Positions 58,401 to 64,000 of a stretch of DNA of 64,000 nucleotides are shown piece after piece (position 1 is the first letter of the stretch; the number at the start of each line of letters is the position of its first letter). Location of the stretch: assembly GCA_902541745.1 (NCBI GenBank), contig CACBRW010000001.1, positions 4,134 to 68,133 on the forward strand. Reading direction: 5' to 3'. Position numbers and translations under genes: made by a program. Under the pieces are notes generated by a model, which was not told the DNA's origin, did no database searches, and saw nothing but the letters and a program-made list of their open reading frames with translations. The DNA comes from an uncultured Pelagibacteraceae bacterium. Its GTDB lineage: Bacteria; Pseudomonadota; Alphaproteobacteria; Pelagibacterales; Pelagibacteraceae.

Positions 58401-59847
58401 AATGATCCTCAATTAGTTTGTTTAATAATCTCACTCCATAACCTGTTGCACCACCAGAATTTAATGCTCCCCCATATTTTGAAAAAGCCATCCCAGCTAT
58501 ATCTAAATGTGCCCAAGGTGTTTTGTTTATAATAAATCTTTGTAAAAATTGTGCAGCAGTTGTAGACCCTGCACCCCCAACATAATTAATATTTTGCATA
58601 TCTGCATTTTTAGAATCTATTAACCTATCAAAGTTTTTATTCAGAGGCATTCTCCAAACTTTTTCTTCTACTTTCTCCCCGACATTAATTAATTGTTTAG
58701 ACAACTTTTCATCATTGGAAAATAAACCTGCATACTCGGAGCCTAACGAAACAATAATAGCTCCAGTCAAAGTAGCTAAATCTACTATAAATTGTGGTTT
58801 AAATTTTTCTTCAGTGTAAGTTAAAGCATCTGCAAGCACTAATCTTCCTTCAGCATCAGTATTTAAAATTTCTACAGTTTTTCCACTGTAAGACTTTACG
58901 ATATCTCCTGGTCTTTGTGCATTTCCACCAGGCATATTTTCTACAAGTCCAACCACACCAACAGCATTAATTTTTGCTTTTCTTAGAGCTAAACTTTTCA
59001 TTAGCCCTACAACAACAGCAGAACCTGCCATGTCATATGTCATATCTTCCATAAACTTTGCAGGTTTTAAAGATATACCACCAGTGTCAAAACAAACTCC
59101 TTTACCGACAAAAGCTAAAGGTTTGGACTTATCTTTTAAACCGTTCCACTCCACGGTAACCAAATATGATCCTCTGATACTTCCTTGACCAACACCAAGC
59201 AAAGTATTCATTCCTAGTTTTTTTAATTTTTTTTCGTCATAAACATTTACTTTTAAACCGTGCTTTTTTAATGCGTTTAATCTTTTTGCATATTCATCAG
59301 GATGCAAAACATTACCTGGCTCTGATACTAAATCTCGAGTATAAAAAGTTCCTTCTTCAATTGCTCTAAATTTAATTTGATCTTTAATTGATGGTTGATT
59401 TTTACCAGTTATTATTACTAAAATATTTTTATTATTTTTTTTTGTTTTATATTTTTCAAATGTATATGATTTTAATTTTATACCATGTGCAAAATAGCCT
59501 ATAATATTTTTTTGTTGAGTTGATAAAGTTTCTGAATTTAAGTTGAATTCGTTTGATTTATTACTTTTAAATTGGTCATAAAAATTTGCACCCAAATTTT
59601 CTACATCAGAATTAGCAATATTTTTTTTTAATGAAACTAGTATTATTTTCTTTTTTGAGCTAATATCGAATGATAATATTTTCTTTTTTTCATCTCTTTT
59701 TTTGAGCAAGTCTGATATAAAATTATAATCTGAGTTTGAAATATGTTTTTTTAAGTTGGAAATATTGAACTTTTCATCAACAAATAAAACTAAATTTGAT
59801 ATATTTTTTTTTGAAACGCTGTTTTTATAACTAATTTGAACACTCAT
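58393..59847 (-). CDS. pepA: Leucyl aminopeptidase (M17)
   Basis: GKGVCFDTGG, DMAG, NTDAEGRL, DLATLTGA, HLDIAG. Confidence 0.96.
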   Translation of the reverse strand: MSVQISYKNSVSKKNISNLVLFVDEKFNISNLKKHISNSDYNFISDLLKKRDEKKKILSFDISSKKKIILVSLKKNIANSDVENLGANFYDQFKSNKSNEFNLNSETLSTQQKNIIGYFAHGIKLKSYTFEKYKTKKNNKNILVIITGKNQPSIKDQIKFRAIEEGTFYTRDLVSEPGNVLHPDEYAKRLNALKKHGLKVNVYDEKKLKKLGMNTLLGVGQGSIRGSYLVTVEWNGLKDKSKPLAFVGKGVCFDTGGISLKPAKFMEDMTYDMAGSAVVVGLMKSLALRKAKINAVGVVGLVENMPGGNAQRPGDIVKSYSGKTVEILNTDAEGRLVLADALTYTEEKFKPQFIVDLATLTGAIIVSLGSEYAGLFSNDEKLSKQLINVGEKVEEKVWRMPLNKNFDRLIDSKNADMQNINYVGGAGSTTAAQFLQRFIINKTPWAHLDIAGMAFSKYGGALNSGGATGYGVRLLNKLIEDHYE

Positions 59848-59908
59848 AAATTTTAAATACACTCTGGAAGTGTAGAGTGCTATATATGAATAAAATTACT
59901 ATTTTTCA

Positions 59909-61033
59909 ATGAAAAAAATTATATTTAAAAAACTACTAACTGATTGCTTAATTTTTTTTCTAATTTCATTGTTCGGAATTAGTTCAATTATATGGGTTTT
60001 TCAAGCAGTAAACTTCTTAGATATTATGATCGAAGATGGCAGAAACTACTATGTTTATTTACAGTACACACTTTTTAATTTCCCAAAAATAATTAGTAAA
60101 GTTCTACCATTTTGTATTTTTTTTAGTTTTTCTTATGTTTTCATAAAATATGAGATGAATAACGAGTTAATCATATTTTGGAATCATGGGGTTAAAAAAA
60201 TTAATATAATCAATTTTTTTTTCTTATTCTCATTAACTATATTAATAATCCAAGGTATTTTATTAAGTATTGTTGTTCCTAAATCACAAGAAATTGCAAG
60301 AAGTCAACTAAGAGATTCTGATGTAGATTATTTTGAGGGTTTAATTAAACCCAAAAAATTTAATGACAATGTAAAAAATCTAACAATTTATACCGATGAG
60401 ATAACTGCTCAAAATGAATTTATTAATATTTATATAAAAAAAACAACATCAAACGAAAAGTTTCAAATTACTTTCGCAAAAAAAGGTATATTTGAAAGTA
60501 GAGGCAATAATAAGGTGTTAGTTCTTTATGACGGCCAAACTTTAAATAGTAATAACAACAAAATCACAAACTTTAAATTTTCAAAATCTGATTTTGGTCT
60601 CACTAATATAGATTCTCATTTAGTAATTCATAAAAAACTCCAGGAACAACCCACAGTTGGCTTAATAAAATGTATGAAAAATATTTTTTTTAAGGAGAAT
60701 AAAGTAATTTTGAATTGTGACCAAAATAATCCTGCTAACGTTTACAAAGAAATATTTGAGAGATTTGTTTTACCTTTTTATTTGCCCTTGTTAATATTAA
60801 TTGCTTCCTTAAACTTATTAGTTTCAAAAGAAAAAGTTGACTACGTAAGATATAGAATTTTAATTTTTTTATTTGGAATATTTTCTATAATTATATCTGA
60901 AACTTCATTGGGTTATGTTAACAATATTTTTATTAAAAATATTTTAATTATTTTAATTCCAGTAATATTAATTACAATTATCTATTCAGTGTTAATTTAT
61001 AAATTTAAAATTAAAGAACTTAAACTTAAATGA
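59909..61033 (+). CDS. lptF: LPS export ABC transporter permease LptF
   Basis: 3 TM + periplasmic domain + 3 TM; NELII..HG; pepA-lptFG-lptD synteny. Confidence 0.85.
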   Translation: MKKIIFKKLLTDCLIFFLISLFGISSIIWVFQAVNFLDIMIEDGRNYYVYLQYTLFNFPKIISKVLPFCIFFSFSYVFIKYEMNNELIIFWNHGVKKINIINFFFLFSLTILIIQGILLSIVVPKSQEIARSQLRDSDVDYFEGLIKPKKFNDNVKNLTIYTDEITAQNEFINIYIKKTTSNEKFQITFAKKGIFESRGNNKVLVLYDGQTLNSNNNKITNFKFSKSDFGLTNIDSHLVIHKKLQEQPTVGLIKCMKNIFFKENKVILNCDQNNPANVYKEIFERFVLPFYLPLLILIASLNLLVSKEKVDYVRYRILIFLFGIFSIIISETSLGYVNNIFIKNILIILIPVILITIIYSVLIYKFKIKELKLK

Positions 61034-62103
61034 AAACATATATAAAATTTTTAATTTATTCATTTTCAAAATCTTTTGTTAATATATTTCTGATAATGCT
61101 TAGTTTGGTTATTATTTTAAATATTCTAAAAGAAATTGAGTTTTTTAGTAATACAGAAATTAATATGCTATTCCCTTTATATTTATCTTTAATGAGTGCT
61201 CCATCAGTAATTTTTGAAATGTTTCCTTTTATTTTTTTAATTTCGACTCAATTTTTTTTTATTAAATTATTTAATAACAATGAAATTTATATTTTTAAAT
61301 ACTCTGGATTAAAAAACTTTAAAATCATAATTATACTTAGTGTTTTTAGTCTCTTTATAGGATTATTAATAATCACCTTTTTTTATAGTATCTCCTCAAG
61401 TCTGCAAAGTTACTATCTTGAAATAAAAAACCAATATTCTAAAGATAAGGTTTACTTAGCTGTAATTAATAAAAATGGATTATGGATAAAAGATATTGTA
61501 GAAAATCGAATTAACATAATTCATTCCTCAAAAGTAAATCAAAATTTTTTATCAGAGACTTTTATTACAACCTTTGATGAAAATTACAAACTTTTGAGAA
61601 ATATCAAGAGTAACAAAATTGACATAAAAGACAATATTTGGCAGATATACGATGCTAAGATTTATGAAGATAACATTGGCAAAGATGTTGAAATGTTCGA
61701 ATTTTATTCCAATTTTAATCAAAAAGTAATTGAAACTTTATTTTCGAATCTATCTTCACTATCAATTCTAAAATTATTTGACTTAAGAACAAATTATATA
61801 TCTCTTAATTATTCTGTGATTGATATTGATATACAAATTCAAAAAATTTTAACCTATCCAATTTTTTTAATGTTGATGACAGTTTTTGCTGCAATAATCA
61901 TGTTCAATACAAGAAGTTTTAAAAGTAATATTGTTAAAATTGTTATTGGCTTATTTTTTTCTGTATTAATTTATTATATAAGCAATTTTTTTAATGTTAT
62001 GGGCACTACAGAAAAATTACCATTAATTGTTTCAATTTGGACCCCACTAATATTACTGAGTATTGTAAACCTTTTAATGATAATTAAAATTAATGAAAAG
62101 TAA
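61030..62103 (+). CDS. lptG: LPS export ABC transporter permease LptG
   Basis: Same topology, NEI..YSG, GLWIKD. Confidence 0.85.
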   Translation: MKTYIKFLIYSFSKSFVNIFLIMLSLVIILNILKEIEFFSNTEINMLFPLYLSLMSAPSVIFEMFPFIFLISTQFFFIKLFNNNEIYIFKYSGLKNFKIIIILSVFSLFIGLLIITFFYSISSSLQSYYLEIKNQYSKDKVYLAVINKNGLWIKDIVENRINIIHSSKVNQNFLSETFITTFDENYKLLRNIKSNKIDIKDNIWQIYDAKIYEDNIGKDVEMFEFYSNFNQKVIETLFSNLSSLSILKLFDLRTNYISLNYSVIDIDIQIQKILTYPIFLMLMTVFAAIIMFNTRSFKSNIVKIVIGLFFSVLIYYISNFFNVMGTTEKLPLIVSIWTPLILLSIVNLLMIIKINEK

Positions 62104-64000
62104 ATTTTATAATTTTTTATTATTACTGTTTTTATTCATTTTTTTCATAAATATATCAAAAGCAAATGAACAATTCACATTCAATATCACTGAGCTAGAG
62201 ATAACTGAAAAAGGAAATTTAATTAAGGGCTCAAAAGGTGGAATAGCTAAAACAGCGGATGGAGTGGAAATAATCGGTAATACTTTTATTTATAATAAAA
62301 TTACAAATATTCTTGAAGTATATGGCAATGTAAAATTTATAGATAAAGAAAAGGATACAGTAATAAATTCAGATAAAGCAACATATTTAAAAAATGATGA
62401 GATTGTGTTTACTGAAGGTGAAACAACGGCAATAATTGAAAAAGAATACAAAATAGCTTCGTCAGATGTAACCTTTTTAAAAAAATTAAATAATTTGTCT
62501 TCCAAAAAAAAATCTTTTGTAGAAGATAGAAATAAAAATACTTATGAACTAGATGATTTTTTTTATGAAATTGATGAGGAGATTTTAAAAGGCAATAATA
62601 TTAAAGTTTCCTCAATATTAGATGAAAATAAAGTTGACAATTATTTTTTTTCACAAGGGTTTTTTAATTTTAAAGAAAAAAATTTTGTTTCTAAAGAAAC
62701 AAAAATAAAAGTTCATAAAGGTATTTTTAAAAATAATGAACAGGATCCAAGAATATATGGTTCCTCTTCAAAAGGAGATGAAAATAAAACTATTATTTAC
62801 AATGGAATTTTTACTAGTTGTAAAATAACTGATGATTGTCCTCCTTGGAGTATTCAATCAAAAAAGATTACTCACGATAAAATAAAAAAAGATATGATTT
62901 ATGAAAATGCAATACTTAAAATATATGATGTACCTGTATTGTATTTTCCTAAATTTTTCCATCCTGACCCAACTGTTAAAAGAAGAACTGGTTTTTTACA
63001 GCCACAATTTAATAATTCTGAAACACTAGGTTCTTCTATATTTATTCCTTATTTTAAAACACTAGGTCATACCAGTGATTATACTTTTAAGCCTACATTA
63101 TTTAATGACAAATACATTCTTCAAAATGAATACAGAAAAGTAACAAAAGATTCATCATTAATTGCTGATGTAAGCTTGTTGAAAGGATACAAGTCATCAG
63201 CAACAAATAAAAAAAAAAATATTAATCACTTATTTGCGAATTATAATAAAGATCTGGCTATACCAAACTATTTAAACTCAAATTTAGATATTAAGATTGA
63301 AAGGGTAAGTAACGATACATACTTAAAAGTATTTCAAAATAACCTTTTTGAAACTCCAATAATGCCAGAAAATAAAAGTGTTATGGAATCTAATATCGAT
63401 ATAAATTTAGAACATGAAGAATATAATCTATCAACTGAATTTAAAATCTATGAAAATTTGGGAGAGAAACATAGTGATAGATACCAATTTATTTTACCTT
63501 CATACAATTTTACAAAAAATTTAAACATAAATAATATTGATGGGTCATTAAATTTTTACTCATCAGGAAGCAATAATCTTAAAGATACAAATAATTTAAG
63601 AACCTCAGTTATTAATGACTTTGAGTTCAATTCAGCTGATTATATTTCCACAAATGGTTTTAAAAACAATTTCAATATTTATTTTAAAAATTTAAATTCC
63701 TTAGGAAAAAATGATCCTACCTATACTTCCAGCCCAAGAGTTGAAGGAATGAGTATCTTTGAAATAGGATCTAGTTTTCCATTATTAAAAAAAAATGATT
63801 TTAAAAAAGAAGTGTTAACACCAAAAATCTCTTTTAGAGCTAATCCTGGTAATAATATGAAAAATAGTTCAACTACTGAAAGAACATTAAATGCAAATAA
63901 CATTTTTGAAATTAATAGACTTGGAATAAGCGATTCTTTTGAAAATGGGAAATCAATTACACTTGGTTTAGATTATAAACTTGATTATGAAACATCAAAT
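62093..64000 (+). CDS. lptD: LPS-assembly protein LptD (partial, runs off the window end; not in the ORF track)
   Basis: ATG 62093 with signal peptide; in-frame FTSCKITDDCPPW and DVPVLYFPKFFHPDPTVKRRTGFL motifs. Confidence 0.9.
   Translation, partial: MKSKFYNFLLLLFLFIFFINISKANEQFTFNITELEITEKGNLIKGSKGGIAKTADGVEIIGNTFIYNKITNILEVYGNVKFIDKEKDTVINSDKATYLKNDEIVFTEGETTAIIEKEYKIASSDVTFLKKLNNLSSKKKSFVEDRNKNTYELDDFFYEIDEEILKGNNIKVSSILDENKVDNYFFSQGFFNFKEKNFVSKETKIKVHKGIFKNNEQDPRIYGSSSKGDENKTIIYNGIFTSCKITDDCPPWSIQSKKITHDKIKKDMIYENAILKIYDVPVLYFPKFFHPDPTVKRRTGFLQPQFNNSETLGSSIFIPYFKTLGHTSDYTFKPTLFNDKYILQNEYRKVTKDSSLIADVSLLKGYKSSATNKKKNINHLFANYNKDLAIPNYLNSNLDIKIERVSNDTYLKVFQNNLFETPIMPENKSVMESNIDINLEHEEYNLSTEFKIYENLGEKHSDRYQFILPSYNFTKNLNINNIDGSLNFYSSGSNNLKDTNNLRTSVINDFEFNSADYISTNGFKNNFNIYFKNLNSLGKNDPTYTSSPRVEGMSIFEIGSSFPLLKKNDFKKEVLTPKISFRANPGNNMKNSSTTERTLNANNIFEINRLGISDSFENGKSITLGLDYKLDYETSN

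Noticed and set aside
52879-59862. Missing usual neighbours (rnd/ppx/ppk near hda; holC near pepA)
   Set aside because: Consistent with ordinary streamlining or relocation; cannot be judged from one window
3290-63903. Many short antisense or out-of-frame ORFs in the track (e.g. 3290-3556, 8933-9349, 12099-12422, 21308-21601, 54329-54766, 56853-57431, 62290-62505)
   Set aside because: They lie opposite or inside well-supported genes and show no motifs; they are shadow ORFs
1-64000. CRISPR arrays, tRNA/rRNA genes, IS elements, integrases, prophage or defence systems
   Set aside because: No regularly spaced repeats, no GC-rich structural RNA stretches, and no transposase, integrase or phage motifs; intergenic gaps are too small

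Overview
Very AT-rich, densely packed bacterial chromosome segment with many 1-4 bp gene overlaps and almost no intergenic DNA. Gene content and order point to a streamlined marine alphaproteobacterium, most likely SAR11/Pelagibacterales (inference). About 1-14.5 kb is an accessory sugar/cyclitol catabolic cluster: a PhyH dioxygenase, a Gfo/Idh/MocA plus xylose-isomerase-like pair, a six-gene ABC importer, dhaL-dhaK without dhaM, a 2-hydroxyacid dehydrogenase, iolE/iolG and an aldo-keto reductase. About 15-26 kb is a molybdenum island: moaACDE, msrPQ, mocA, split xdhC, form II coxG-S-L-M, moaB and a TauE permease. A 2OG-Fe(II) oxygenase / homocysteine methyltransferase pair follows. From about 29 kb the window is core genome: glnA, iscR-sufBCDSUTA, anmK, tyrS, an AsmA-like protein, frameshifted prfB, PBP1A, rne, thiSG, aroQ-accBC, aspS, hda, purMN, ndk, pepA and lptFG-lptD (partial). 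I saw no rRNA, tRNA, CRISPR array or mobile element. The most unusual observations are an RNase E lacking the CxxC Zn-link, a stand-alone NrdJ C-terminal-domain protein with an unrecognised N-terminus at the usual nrdJ locus, a 56-aa ORF missing from the ORF track with an operator-rich leaderless promoter, a PTS-type DhaKL lacking DhaM, a 75-aa internal duplication in the AsmA-like protein, and several palindromic candidate operators. All family calls come from motif recognition by eye, not from database searches.
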